Source of the DNA: Flavobacteriales bacterium | GTDB lineage: Bacteria; Bacteroidota; Bacteroidia; Flavobacteriales; BACL11 | NCBI GenBank assembly: GCA_947502765.1 | Contig: CANNBA010000012.1 | Coordinates: 5,341 to 69,340 of the forward strand | Direction of reading: 5' to 3' | Length of the DNA stretch: 64,000 nucleotides | Shown: positions 1 to 9,694 of the stretch, piece by piece | Position numbering within the stretch: the first letter of the stretch is position 1 | How the letters are laid out: the number at the start of each line of letters is the position of its first letter | Notes under the pieces: generated by a model | What the model saw: only the letters and a program-made list of their open reading frames with translations | Database searches by the model: none | Told to the model about the DNA's origin: nothing | Translations under genes and position numbers: made by a program

Positions 1-2008
1 TATCCATAATTGCATCCTCATAAACCCCATGCGTGGAAGGATAAGTAATCATCAAGCAGGAAAGATTTTCAGTATGTTCTAATGCCTTTTCTTGTAAAGC
101 AACAACATCAATATTTCCATTTTCATCACAGGGGATTACCACAACTTTCATTCCGGCCATTACCGCAGAAGCAGGATTTGTTCCATGCGCAGAAGATGGA
201 ATTAAACAAATATTTCTATGCTCATCGCCTCTACTATGATGATATGCTCTAATAACCATAAGGCCCGCAAACTCTCCTTGCGCTCCAGAATTTGGTTGTA
301 GACTCATGGCAGCAAAACCTGTAATTTCACAAAGCATTTCTTCAAGTTCATGAAACATAATATGATACCCTCTTGATTGATGAGCTGGGGCAAAAGGATG
401 CAGGTTCCCAAACTCTGACCAGCTTAAAGGAAACAACTCTGAAGCTGCATTCAACTTCATAGTACAAGACCCTAATGCAATCATGGAATGAGTTAGCGAT
501 AAGTCTTTATTTTCTAAGCTTTTGATATACCGCATCATATCTGTTTCAGAATGATATTTATTAAACACCTCATTTTCCAGAAAAGACGATTTTCTATATA
601 AAATCTCTGGAATTAGGGCAGTTGCCTGAGTATAATCTCCATTCAACACTTTATTTATTAAATAAGTAGCATCAGAATGATTGCAGCTTTTTGCAAAAAT
701 CTCTAAAATATCATTAATATTCTGCAAATCGTCTTTTTCATCAATACTAATTGACAATGATTCATCATCAATATAATTAAAATTGATTTTAGCAGCCTCA
801 GCATAAGTCTTTATATTCTGCATGGAAACATTGCCTACTCCTATTTTTAGAGTGTCAAAATAAATAGCATTTAACTGATGATAACCTAATTGTGTTAAGC
901 CTTCTGATAAAGTAGCAGTTAAGCCGTGAATTTTTTTACTCATAGCTCTCAAGCCCTCTTTACCATGATAAACCCCATACATTCCGGCCATTACCGCCAA
1001 TAAAACCTGAGCAGTACAAATGTTTGAAGTTGCATTTTCTCTTTTAATATGTTGTTCTCTTGTTTGTAATGCCATTCTTAAGGCTCTATTGCCATCTGCA
1101 TCTTCCGATACTCCAATAATCCTGCCAGGAATACTTCTTTTGTATTTATCAAAAGTTGCAAAATATGCAGCATGTGGCCCTCCATAACCCATTGGAATTC
1201 CAAATCTTTGTGTGGTCCCCACTACTACATCAGCCCCCCACTCTCCAGGAGGGGTTAAAAGTGTCAAACTTAATAAGTCAGCCGCTACAACTACCCCAAC
1301 TTCATTTTCCTTTGCTGATTTTGCAAAATCAGAATAATCAATTACAGCCCCATCTTTTGCAGGGTATTGTAAAATACACCCAAAGAAGGACTTATCTAAC
1401 TGAACATCATTATGATTACCCATAACCAACTCAATTCCTAAAGGAATAGCTCTTGTTTTAATAATTGCAATAGACTGGGGATAACATAAATCAGAAACAA
1501 AAAACTTAACCACATTTTCTTTTTGCTGAGCTCTACTTCTGGATCCGAATAACATTGCCATGGCCTCAGCAGCAGCCGTTCCTTCATCAAGTAATGATGC
1601 ATTAGCAAGTTCCATGGCTGTTAAATCCATTACCATAGTTTGAAAATTTAATAGTGCCTCTAATCTACCTTGAGCAACTTCTGCTTGATAAGGAGTGTAT
1701 GCCGTATACCAACCTGGGTTTTCTAAAATATTTCTCTGAATCACCCCCGGCAAAATAGTATTAAAATAGCCCATACCAATATAAGATCTGTAATTTTTGT
1801 TCTTTTGAGCAATTTCTTTCATGTGTTCAATGAACCTACTTTCAGACAAGGCAACGGGCAAATTCATTTGATTTTTCAGATGTATTTTTTGAGGTATTGT
1901 TTCATCAATTAGTTGTTTAATTGATGATGCATTTACTACCTCAAGCATCTCAGAAATATCATTATCTCTTGGTCCAATATGTCTGTTAGAAAAATTATAT
2001 AGGCTCAT
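1..2008 (-). CDS. gcvP: Glycine dehydrogenase (decarboxylating), glycine-cleavage P protein; first ~669 codons, 3' end runs off the window start
   Basis: Absent from the ORF track because it has no stop in the window. Reverse-strand reading from the ATG (complement of 2006-2008) gives MSLYNFSNRHIGP... It contains NPGWYTAYTPYQAEVAQ and reads ...LMITYPSTHGVYEDAIMD at positions 2-60. Both are hallmark GcvP motifs. Confidence 0.9.
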   Translation of the reverse strand, partial: MSLYNFSNRHIGPRDNDISEMLEVVNASSIKQLIDETIPQKIHLKNQMNLPVALSESRFIEHMKEIAQKNKNYRSYIGMGYFNTILPGVIQRNILENPGWYTAYTPYQAEVAQGRLEALLNFQTMVMDLTAMELANASLLDEGTAAAEAMAMLFGSRSRAQQKENVVKFFVSDLCYPQSIAIIKTRAIPLGIELVMGNHNDVQLDKSFFGCILQYPAKDGAVIDYSDFAKSAKENEVGVVVAADLLSLTLLTPPGEWGADVVVGTTQRFGIPMGYGGPHAAYFATFDKYKRSIPGRIIGVSEDADGNRALRMALQTREQHIKRENATSNICTAQVLLAVMAGMYGVYHGKEGLRAMSKKIHGLTATLSEGLTQLGYHQLNAIYFDTLKIGVGNVSMQNIKTYAEAAKINFNYIDDESLSISIDEKDDLQNINDILEIFAKSCNHSDATYLINKVLNGDYTQATALIPEILYRKSSFLENEVFNKYHSETDMMRYIKSLENKDLSLTHSMIALGSCTMKLNAASELFPLSWSEFGNLHPFAPAHQSRGYHIMFHELEEMLCEITGFAAMSLQPNSGAQGEFAGLMVIRAYHHSRGDEHRNICLIPSSAHGTNPASAVMAGMKVVVIPCDENGNIDVVALQEKALEHTENLSCLMITYPSTHGVYEDAIMD

Positions 2009-2143
2009 TAATTGTCTTTTTTAGACTGCAAAAATACACATTGTAGTAGATAAAAAAACAAAAATAGAATCAGTTTTAAAGCAGTTGAAAACTTATATTT
2101 TACATAAAATTTATAATTACCCCCCTATTGTCCTAGATAAGAG

Positions 2144-2151
2144 TATTTTTG
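2144..2151 (+). promoter_or_regulatory. Candidate -7 promoter box TATTTTTG for the helicase gene
   Basis: Exact match to the Bacteroidota TAnnTTTG -7 consensus, 15 nt upstream of ATG 2167. It overlaps the TTG (2149) used as start in the ORF track. Confidence 0.45.
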
Positions 2152-2166
2152 CGAAAAATTTACAGC

Positions 2167-4065
2167 ATGACATTTTCCGAAATAGGACTAAATCAAAATA
2201 TTCAAAAAGCTATAGCAGATTTAGGTTTTGAAACACTAACACCAATACAGCAAGAAGCAATTCCATATTTATTGGAAAACGAAACCGATCTTATTGCTCT
2301 TGCTCAAACAGGTACCGGAAAAACGGCTGCTTTTGGACTTCCAATATTGCATAAAATTGAAGTTGAAAGAAAACTACCACAAGCAATTATTCTTTGCCCT
2401 ACTAGAGAGCTATGTCTTCAAATTTCAAAAGACATGGAATCTTATTCAAAATACATTAAAGGATTAAAAGTAACTCCTGTATATGGAGGCGCGAGTATTG
2501 TCCCACAAATACAATTACTCAAATCAGGAACCCAAATTATTGTAGGGACTCCTGGAAGAGTGATTGACTTAATTAATAGAAAAGCTTTACGCCTACAAGA
2601 TATTGAATTTGTAATTTTAGATGAAGCTGATGAGATGCTAAATATGGGATTCAAAGATGATTTAGATATCATTTTAGCAGAAACACCAAAAGAAAAACAA
2701 ACTCTTTTGTTTTCAGCAACTATGCCAAAAGAAGTGATGAGAATTAGCAAAACCTATATGTTTAGTGCTAAAACGATTGAAGTGGCAAGCAGAAATGAAG
2801 GCACTAAGAATGTGGATCATCACTATTACATGGTAAATGCTAGCGATAGGTATAAGGCTCTAAGAAGAATTTGTGATATTAATCCTGACATTTATGGAAT
2901 TGTTTTCTGCCGCACCAGAAGAGAAACAGCTGATATTGCCGATAAATTGATGCAAGATGGCTACAATGCTGATGCTATTCATGGAGAATTATCTCAAGCT
3001 CAAAGAGACCATGTTATGGCAAGATTCAGACAAAAAAAACTACAGATGTTAGTTGCTACTGATGTTGCTGCAAGAGGACTTGACATTAATGATTTAACTC
3101 ATGTAATCAATTATAATTTACCTGATGATAATGAAATCTATGTGCATAGATCAGGTAGGACAGGTAGAGCAGGCAAAAAAGGAATTTCAATAATTATTGC
3201 CCATAGTCGTGAAGGAAGAAAGTTAAAAGATATTGAAAGAATGATTAAGCGTGATTTAATCCTTAAAAAAGTTCCTAATGGTGATGAAATTTGTCAAATT
3301 CAATTAATGAGGTTGGTGGACAAAGTTGTTGCTACAGAGATAAATCATCAGATAGACAGGTACTTGCCATCCATTGAAGAAAAGTTAGCTCATTTGGATA
3401 AAGAGCAGTTGATAAAACACTTTGTATCTACAGAATTCAACAGGTTCTTGTCTTTCTATAAAAATGCGCCTGATCTAAATATCTCTGTAAGCAAAAATAA
3501 CGACAGCAATAAAAGAGGTGAGAAAAACAATCAAAAAACAGAAAGAACAGGCCATGCTGAGCAAGGTCATACAAGATTTTTTATTAATCTTGGCAAAGAA
3601 AAAGATTTACACGCCCACAACCTAATTGGTTTAATTAACGAATACACAAGAAATAGAAATATCCCAATTGGGAAAATTGATATTATGAGAAAGTTCTCAT
3701 TTTTTGAAGTTCCTTCTGATTTTGCAACTGATGTTTTAGGCGGATTAAGTGATGCCAATTGGAATGGAAATAGAGTAAATGTTGAAGTTTCTCAGGCGCC
3801 TGGAGCAAAATCATCAAGTGGCGGTGGTAACAGAAGAGATAGAGGTGATAGTAGAGATAGAAGTAAAGGAAGAGATAGAAAACCCTCAGGAGATAAAAAA
3901 AGAAATGAAAACAAATCTTGGAATGGAGAAAGATCAAACTCAAGTAAAAGTATAACTACAAAAAGAAATAGTGAAAAACCTTCTACAATTAGAAGTTCTG
4001 AAACTGAAGGATCCTCTTTTAAAGGAAGATTTAATGCAGCAGCTAAAAGAAAAAGAAGAGCTTAA
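2167..4065 (+). CDS. deaD: DEAD-box ATP-dependent RNA helicase (DeaD/CsdA-like) with a basic Arg/Ser/Lys-rich C-terminal tail
   Basis: Motifs AQTGTGKT, DEAD (VILDEADEML), SAT (LFSATMP) and HRSGRTGRAG. Start moved to ATG 2167 (MTFSEIGL...) because the track's TTG start overlaps the promoter box. Confidence 0.85.
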   Translation: MTFSEIGLNQNIQKAIADLGFETLTPIQQEAIPYLLENETDLIALAQTGTGKTAAFGLPILHKIEVERKLPQAIILCPTRELCLQISKDMESYSKYIKGLKVTPVYGGASIVPQIQLLKSGTQIIVGTPGRVIDLINRKALRLQDIEFVILDEADEMLNMGFKDDLDIILAETPKEKQTLLFSATMPKEVMRISKTYMFSAKTIEVASRNEGTKNVDHHYYMVNASDRYKALRRICDINPDIYGIVFCRTRRETADIADKLMQDGYNADAIHGELSQAQRDHVMARFRQKKLQMLVATDVAARGLDINDLTHVINYNLPDDNEIYVHRSGRTGRAGKKGISIIIAHSREGRKLKDIERMIKRDLILKKVPNGDEICQIQLMRLVDKVVATEINHQIDRYLPSIEEKLAHLDKEQLIKHFVSTEFNRFLSFYKNAPDLNISVSKNNDSNKRGEKNNQKTERTGHAEQGHTRFFINLGKEKDLHAHNLIGLINEYTRNRNIPIGKIDIMRKFSFFEVPSDFATDVLGGLSDANWNGNRVNVEVSQAPGAKSSSGGGNRRDRGDSRDRSKGRDRKPSGDKKRNENKSWNGERSNSSKSITTKRNSEKPSTIRSSETEGSSFKGRFNAAAKRKRRA

Positions 4066-4739
4066 GATTTTTTCTTTTCCCCAGCAACAAAATCTTTAAG
4101 ATAGTAGGGTTCAAAATACGCAACATCTTCAAAATCCTTACTAGAAAACTTCTCAAACCCTAATACTCCCATATCTTTTGCACAAGGAAATACCCCATCC
4201 AAAAAATGAGCATTAGAATTGTTAATAATCAGCTTGCATTTTTGGGCTCCATCTCCAAAAAACAAAATTTTATCTTTAAGAAAGTCAGCATAAGTATGCT
4301 GATCTACAATATCAGCTCTAATCTCTCTCACTTCATTATTATCTTTATCATATATTGATGCAAAAACTTCCGTCCTTCTAGCATCAATCATTGGACAATA
4401 CAATTTATAATCTTCCTTTTTAGAAATCCCAAAAGCCATTGCCTGTAAGGAGGAAACCGAAACTAATGGAATATCTAAAGCATAACACAAGCCTTTTGCG
4501 GTGGAGGTGCCAATTCTCAAACCCGTATATGAACCAGGCCCCTTACTTAAGATAATGCCATCTAGTTGTTTTAAAGTAATATTTGATTTTTTTACAACTT
4601 CTTCTATAAACAAAGTGAGCTGCTCGGCATGTGAAAATGCTTCAGAGTTTTGCTCTTTTAACCCCAGTAAGCTGCTGTTGTCAAAAAGTGCAACAGAACA
4701 GTTTTTTGTAGTTGTTTCAATGGCTAATAGCAAGGCCAT
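4062..4739 (-). CDS. tsaB: tRNA threonylcarbamoyladenosine (t6A) biosynthesis protein TsaB (YeaZ family)
   Basis: N-terminus LLAIETTTKNCSVAL and the GPGSYTGLRIG motif typical of TsaB. TAATG overlap with the upstream gene. Confidence 0.8.
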   Translation of the reverse strand: MALLLAIETTTKNCSVALFDNSSLLGLKEQNSEAFSHAEQLTLFIEEVVKKSNITLKQLDGIILSKGPGSYTGLRIGTSTAKGLCYALDIPLVSVSSLQAMAFGISKKEDYKLYCPMIDARRTEVFASIYDKDNNEVREIRADIVDQHTYADFLKDKILFFGDGAQKCKLIINNSNAHFLDGVFPCAKDMGVLGFEKFSSKDFEDVAYFEPYYLKDFVAGEKKKS

Positions 4740-6379
4740 TAAATATCGTAATAATAATTGAACAAATCACTCATAATTCCAAAATTAATAAATTGCGATT
4801 TTACATCCTCATCATCATTATGAAAATTTCGCAAAGTAAGGCCTACATTTATTTTAAGATTTGTATAAGGATTTATAATATACGATATATTTAAACTTTT
4901 ACAATCAATTGTTGTAAGGTTGCCTTGATACATTTCAATACCATAATCAGATGGACGACCAGAACCCATACCAACTAAACCTGCCTCTTGTGCATAATTG
5001 CCGGTTGAAAAGTAAACATTACTACCATAAGAGACAGTATCTCCTTTAAAATCTCCACCATATTTAGCAAACATTATTTTAGCATCAATTTCAAATCTTT
5101 TCCATTTATAATTTGCCATAAACAAAAGCTCAGAAAAGTTAGCCCCTAAAGGATGTGCTAGTGGTTGATTGTAATGCGCATAGTTTTGTTGAGGGTTATG
5201 ATGAGCATAAGTGTAGGGCCTAACATAATTATATTCCGTTTGTAAATTAAGTCTATCAATATTAAATGGGTCAAAAATTTTATAGCCTAACTGATAGCCA
5301 ATTTTATTTGCCCAAAAACCATCATTTGCGCGTAAATCAGTAATACTAAATTCATCTAGAACTAATTGTCCATACATATATGATGACTCAAAAGCATATT
5401 TGGTATTTACCCCCACCAAAACATTATCTGGAGAATTTACTGAAAACTCAATGGGTCTTAGCATTGCTATAGGATTTAGATAATTCACATCAAAGCCACT
5501 ACTTCCTGGCGCATGATTCATTCTCCAAATAACGGCTTCATACAATGATATGTTAAACTTTTTAGTAGCATTTAAACTCAAATAATGAGCTGACATATAT
5601 TTCTTAGGATAACCCATTTGATCCCAATTAGGTAGCCCATGTGTTGCAAAATAATTAATGTCCATCAACTCCGCATAAAGATTAGTATACTGCACTTTCC
5701 AAAAAGTAGTCTGAATCTTTAAATAGGGATAATTAAAGGTGTTATCTGAAAGCAGCAAAGAACGATACCCATCACCAATAAAGTTTTTTCCATGACCAAA
5801 CTGAAGAGCAAACATATTATTTGGCCTATAAGTCACATAGCCAGAAGACATGGCATAATCAAAACCTGTTTCTTTAAAATCTCTTGCGTATCCTTGCCCT
5901 GGAACTACATTATTCTTTCTGATACTTTCATCCAAATAATTAGGAAATATTGCTTGATTTTCAACAAATGAAGTAGAAAATGAAATCTTCTTGCCTAAAT
6001 CCCCCTCAATTAAATATCCCCTGCTATTTGTAAATGTGTTTTTAGAGTCAATTAACTCTTTTCCTTTTGACAGGTTGATTATTGGAGATGCTATTACTTT
6101 ATAATCATCCCCTTCCAAAATGAAAAAATGTTCAGAAAAAGTTTTTCTTAAATACCATTTCTTATAAGTAGACTGATAATTACTTCCAATAACTGAATCG
6201 CTTGCAAAACTTAAGTTGGAGTTAAGAATAGGTTTAAATGAAGTATGAATGTCTGGATCCTTAGTGTATAATACCTTATTTATATCTGAAGAATAATTTC
6301 TGCCTAATAACAAATTGGTATGTTGCGAGTAGCAAGCAAACGAAATGATAGTTAATACAACAAAAACAAACTGTTTCAT
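4739..6379 (-). CDS. Putative outer-membrane protein at the distal end of the polysaccharide operon (resembles Wzi capsule-assembly / RemB-type proteins; family recalled from memory only)
   Basis: Signal peptide (MKQFVFVVLTIISFACYSQ). Aromatic-rich alternating beta-strand-like sequence with no TM helices. TAATG-coupled to both neighbours. Confidence 0.4.
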   Translation of the reverse strand: MKQFVFVVLTIISFACYSQHTNLLLGRNYSSDINKVLYTKDPDIHTSFKPILNSNLSFASDSVIGSNYQSTYKKWYLRKTFSEHFFILEGDDYKVIASPIINLSKGKELIDSKNTFTNSRGYLIEGDLGKKISFSTSFVENQAIFPNYLDESIRKNNVVPGQGYARDFKETGFDYAMSSGYVTYRPNNMFALQFGHGKNFIGDGYRSLLLSDNTFNYPYLKIQTTFWKVQYTNLYAELMDINYFATHGLPNWDQMGYPKKYMSAHYLSLNATKKFNISLYEAVIWRMNHAPGSSGFDVNYLNPIAMLRPIEFSVNSPDNVLVGVNTKYAFESSYMYGQLVLDEFSITDLRANDGFWANKIGYQLGYKIFDPFNIDRLNLQTEYNYVRPYTYAHHNPQQNYAHYNQPLAHPLGANFSELLFMANYKWKRFEIDAKIMFAKYGGDFKGDTVSYGSNVYFSTGNYAQEAGLVGMGSGRPSDYGIEMYQGNLTTIDCKSLNISYIINPYTNLKINVGLTLRNFHNDDEDVKSQFINFGIMSDLFNYYYDI

Positions 6380-7410
6380 TATTTTCTTTTTCTTAAGATA
6401 TAGTAAGGTGTCATCAGTATTATAAAACTAACCAAAGCTAAAATTGCAATGCTGGAATTAATATTTATTTCTAACAAAAAATAAGACCCGGTAATTAATA
6501 AAATACTCATTAAATATAAGACAAGTGCTGTCTTTTTATGTCCAAAACCTAAATCTAATAAGGCATGATGAATATGTTCTCTACCTGGATACAAAGGGTT
6601 TTTTCCTTTTATAATTCTAACCACAAATACTCTTAAAGAATCAAAAAGTGGAATTGCCAAAAAAACAATTGCCAAAAGTGGTCCTTTATTGGGTAACTTA
6701 ATAGAGTCAGTCACCAAATCATGCTTAATAAGATTAATAGCCAAAACAGATAAAACCATACCCACTACCAAAGAACCTGTATCTCCCATAAATAACCTAG
6801 CAGGATGAAAATTATATTTTAGAAATGCTAACAATGCACCCAGCAATGAAAAAGCAATAATTGCCATATCCGGCTGATTCATTAAATATGCCATCACACC
6901 AAAACCTAGAGAAGCAATCACGCCTATTCCACTAGCCAAACCATCAACTCCATCAATCAAATTAAAACCATTAGTAATTACAATTACAACAAAAACTGAA
7001 AATAGAGTAGCAATAATATCTGGCAACTCATACACTCCAAGTACCCCACGCATGCTGTTGATTTGAATTTTTCCAAGGAAAATTGCAATCAGAATAGCAA
7101 TAAGCTGTCCAATAATTTTTTTATATGGTGAAAGCCCAAGTAAATCATCAATAACTCCAACAAAGAATACTATTACCAAACTTACTAAAATAAACTGTAT
7201 ATTATCAATTTCTGACCAAAAAATAAGAGAAAAAATAATACCTGAGAAAATTGCTATACCTCCAAAGATAGGAACGCTTCTTTTGTGTGAGGATCTTTCT
7301 CCTGGAACATCTGTAAGTCTAAATTTATCAGCAAAAAAGATGACTTTTGGTACAGCAACATAAGTTATTATGAATGAAGTTAAAAATGCAAATAAGATAG
7401 AAGTGAACAC
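6379..7410 (-). CDS. Polyprenyl-phosphate sugar-1-phosphate transferase (MraY/WecA family, initiating glycosyltransferase)
   Basis: About 10 TM segments and the NLIDGVDGLA motif characteristic of the MraY/WecA family. GTG start. Confidence 0.85.
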   Translation of the reverse strand: MFTSILFAFLTSFIITYVAVPKVIFFADKFRLTDVPGERSSHKRSVPIFGGIAIFSGIIFSLIFWSEIDNIQFILVSLVIVFFVGVIDDLLGLSPYKKIIGQLIAILIAIFLGKIQINSMRGVLGVYELPDIIATLFSVFVVIVITNGFNLIDGVDGLASGIGVIASLGFGVMAYLMNQPDMAIIAFSLLGALLAFLKYNFHPARLFMGDTGSLVVGMVLSVLAINLIKHDLVTDSIKLPNKGPLLAIVFLAIPLFDSLRVFVVRIIKGKNPLYPGREHIHHALLDLGFGHKKTALVLYLMSILLITGSYFLLEININSSIAILALVSFIILMTPYYILRKRK

Positions 7411-7443
7411 GTTTCTTTTTTTGCTGTAAAATTAACAAAAATC

Positions 7444-7944
7444 TTAGATAACTCTCAGCATATCAGTAGTCCATTTTGCTAAAGTGTAATCGTTATCCAC
7501 TTTAACAGTGTTTAAATTCATTTTTTTTCCGGCCTTTATATCAGAATCTGAATCACCAATAAGGTAGGAATTTTTAATATTAATCTCAGGAAAATCAATA
7601 ATTGCTTGCTCTATCATACCGGACTTTGGCTTCCTGCACATACAATTCATATCTTTCAAATGAGGACAATAATATATTTTATTGATTTTACCTCCCAATT
7701 TTTCAATCCTCTCTTGCATTTTAGTATGCAAAATATTTAAATCAGCCTCTGACATTATTCCCTTGGCAATCCCTTGCTGATTAGTTACAATAAGAATACG
7801 ATTAAATAAATTGCTTAGTTTTGAAATGGAATCCAAAGCTCCTGAGATAAATTCAAACTCTGAGAAATTTCGAACATATTTCCCTTCAAGTTTTTTATTT
7901 ATCACCCCATCTCTGTCTAAAAAGAGTGTGTCAAAATTAGGCAT
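7444..7944 (-). CDS. gmhB: D-glycero-D-manno-heptose 1,7-bisphosphate phosphatase (HAD family)
   Basis: HAD motif I LFLDRDGVIN and the zinc motif CPHLKDMNCMCRKP typical of GmhB. ATG at 7944 (MPNFDTLF...) is preferred over the track's TTG at 7965. Confidence 0.75.
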   Translation of the reverse strand: MPNFDTLFLDRDGVINKKLEGKYVRNFSEFEFISGALDSISKLSNLFNRILIVTNQQGIAKGIMSEADLNILHTKMQERIEKLGGKINKIYYCPHLKDMNCMCRKPKSGMIEQAIIDFPEINIKNSYLIGDSDSDIKAGKKMNLNTVKVDNDYTLAKWTTDMLRVI

Positions 7945-8518
7945 TCGGAAACATTTCTTCTTCAATAAGTTGGCAAATTATATGACCAACTAAAATATGA
8001 ACCTCTTGAATTCTTGGAGTGTCATCAGAAGGAACTTTAATCATTATATCGCAAATACTATTCATCTCACCACCCCCACTACCAGTAAAACCAATAGTTG
8101 TTAGGCCTAACTCATTCGCTTTTTTAAGCGCCTTTACCACATTTAGAGAATTTCCTGATGTAGAAATCCCAACTAAAATATCTCCTTTTCTTCCACAAGC
8201 CTCTAACATTCTAGCATATGTTTCATCATAACCAAAATCATTAGCGACAGCCGTCATATAAGAAGAATTTACATGCAAAGCCTCAGCATAAAGTGGTGGG
8301 CGATTCGTATAAAATCTTCCACTTAGTTCAGCTGAAATATGCTGGGCATCAGAGGCGCTACCTCCATTTCCGCAAAAAAGTATTTTTTTATCATCTTTAA
8401 ATGCCTTGATACTAAGCCCAATAATCTTCTCAATATTTGATTGAAGATTTTTATCATTTAAAACTCTAGTATAGTTTTCTACAGAACTTTTTATACAGCT
8501 ATTTATTCTACTTTTCAT
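7937..8518 (-). CDS. gmhA: Phosphoheptose (sedoheptulose-7-phosphate) isomerase, SIS domain
   Basis: CGNGGSASDAQHISAEL and GISTSGNS motifs of GmhA/SIS proteins; size 193 aa. Confidence 0.8.
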   Translation of the reverse strand: MKSRINSCIKSSVENYTRVLNDKNLQSNIEKIIGLSIKAFKDDKKILFCGNGGSASDAQHISAELSGRFYTNRPPLYAEALHVNSSYMTAVANDFGYDETYARMLEACGRKGDILVGISTSGNSLNVVKALKKANELGLTTIGFTGSGGGEMNSICDIMIKVPSDDTPRIQEVHILVGHIICQLIEEEMFPNA

Positions 8519-8545
8519 TTTAATGGTTTTGGTAAAAATACAAAA

Positions 8546-9691
8546 TTATAGAGTTTCATAAGCTAACTTTGTAAGTCTGCCTATTTCATCCCAGCCAAAT
8601 TTCGTATTAATTAATGTGCTGCCATTTTTTCGTACTCTTTCTAGGTTTTCTTGATCAGAAAAAATAAGATTTATTTTTTCAGCCAAATCATTAACATCTT
8701 CTGATTTAAACAAGAATCCATTTTCGTTATCAATTACAACTTCTTGTAATGGTGGTAAATCAGACACTAAAGCAGGTCTTTCATAACTTAAAGTCATCAT
8801 TAACACGCCACTTTGATATATTTTTTTATAGGGTAATACCACTAAATCTGATGCGCAATAATAATGCTCTACATCATCATGAGGAATAAACTTAGTGTGT
8901 AAAATAATATGTTTAGTAAGATTATTTTTATCGATAATTTCTTGATAATCAGCAAAATCATTCTCCCATAAGTTACCAGCAATTAATAAAACCGTATCTG
9001 GATTTGTAGCAACCACTGTTTTAAAAGATTGTAATAGAACATCTAATCCTTTTACTTTTTTTATCATTCCAAAGAAAAGTAATATTGTTTTCTCAGTAGC
9101 TAAGTTTAAATATTCTCTAGATTTTTTTTTATCTCTTTGGACATGAATAAACGGAACATAATTTCCATGTGGAATAATATGGATATTTCCTTTCAGTGAA
9201 GTGTTTAATTTAATTATTTCATCTTTACTAAACTGATTATGAGTTATAATCAAATCTGCTAACTTATAAACTAAATTAGATATTAAATTAGATTTATCCT
9301 TCTCAGCGAATGAAGTAACATCATGAATAGTTAGAACCACTTTGCCAAGTAATAATTTAACAAGTAAAAGATTAAATAATACTAATATATTAGTATAGAA
9401 AATATGAAAATGGAATATAGATACACCATTAAACCTTGCATGAAATACGGATTTAATAGTTCCTAATACCCATTTCAATCCACTAATAAAATAATAATTA
9501 GAAGAGAATAAATCATTATAAAAAGAATAAAAACTTACGCCATCAATAGATGGATTCTCAGTTTCATTATTTGAATATAAATTTAATTTTACATTCAATT
9601 TTGACAGCCCTAAACATTGACCATAAGTATAGAAATGGAAAGATCCTCCATGGGCTCCTAAAGTGTCTATAATTGCTACTTTTCTGTTCAT
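8546..9691 (-). CDS. Glycosyltransferase, group 1 (GT-B fold)
   Basis: 381 aa; the C-terminal half resembles group 1 glycosyltransferases; sits in the polysaccharide locus. Confidence 0.65.
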   Translation of the reverse strand: MNRKVAIIDTLGAHGGSFHFYTYGQCLGLSKLNVKLNLYSNNETENPSIDGVSFYSFYNDLFSSNYYFISGLKWVLGTIKSVFHARFNGVSIFHFHIFYTNILVLFNLLLVKLLLGKVVLTIHDVTSFAEKDKSNLISNLVYKLADLIITHNQFSKDEIIKLNTSLKGNIHIIPHGNYVPFIHVQRDKKKSREYLNLATEKTILLFFGMIKKVKGLDVLLQSFKTVVATNPDTVLLIAGNLWENDFADYQEIIDKNNLTKHIILHTKFIPHDDVEHYYCASDLVVLPYKKIYQSGVLMMTLSYERPALVSDLPPLQEVVIDNENGFLFKSEDVNDLAEKINLIFSDQENLERVRKNGSTLINTKFGWDEIGRLTKLAYETL

Positions 9692-9694
9692 TAC

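Noticed and set aside
1156-1425. 89-aa plus-strand ORF in the track.
   Set aside because: It lies entirely antisense to the gcvP coding sequence, which is strongly supported by conserved motifs. The product is low-complexity and Gln/Leu/Pro-rich.
2442-3943. Three minus-strand ORFs (2442-2750, 3567-3758, 3683-3943) inside the helicase gene.
   Set aside because: They are antisense shadows of a well-supported DEAD-box CDS. Their low-complexity products arise from the purine-rich tail region.
3780-4062. Arg/Ser/Lys-rich low-complexity tail of the DEAD-box helicase, considered as a separate feature.
   Set aside because: Basic C-terminal extensions are common in DeaD/CsdA-type helicases. It is in frame and contiguous with the helicase, so it is not a separate gene or repeat element.
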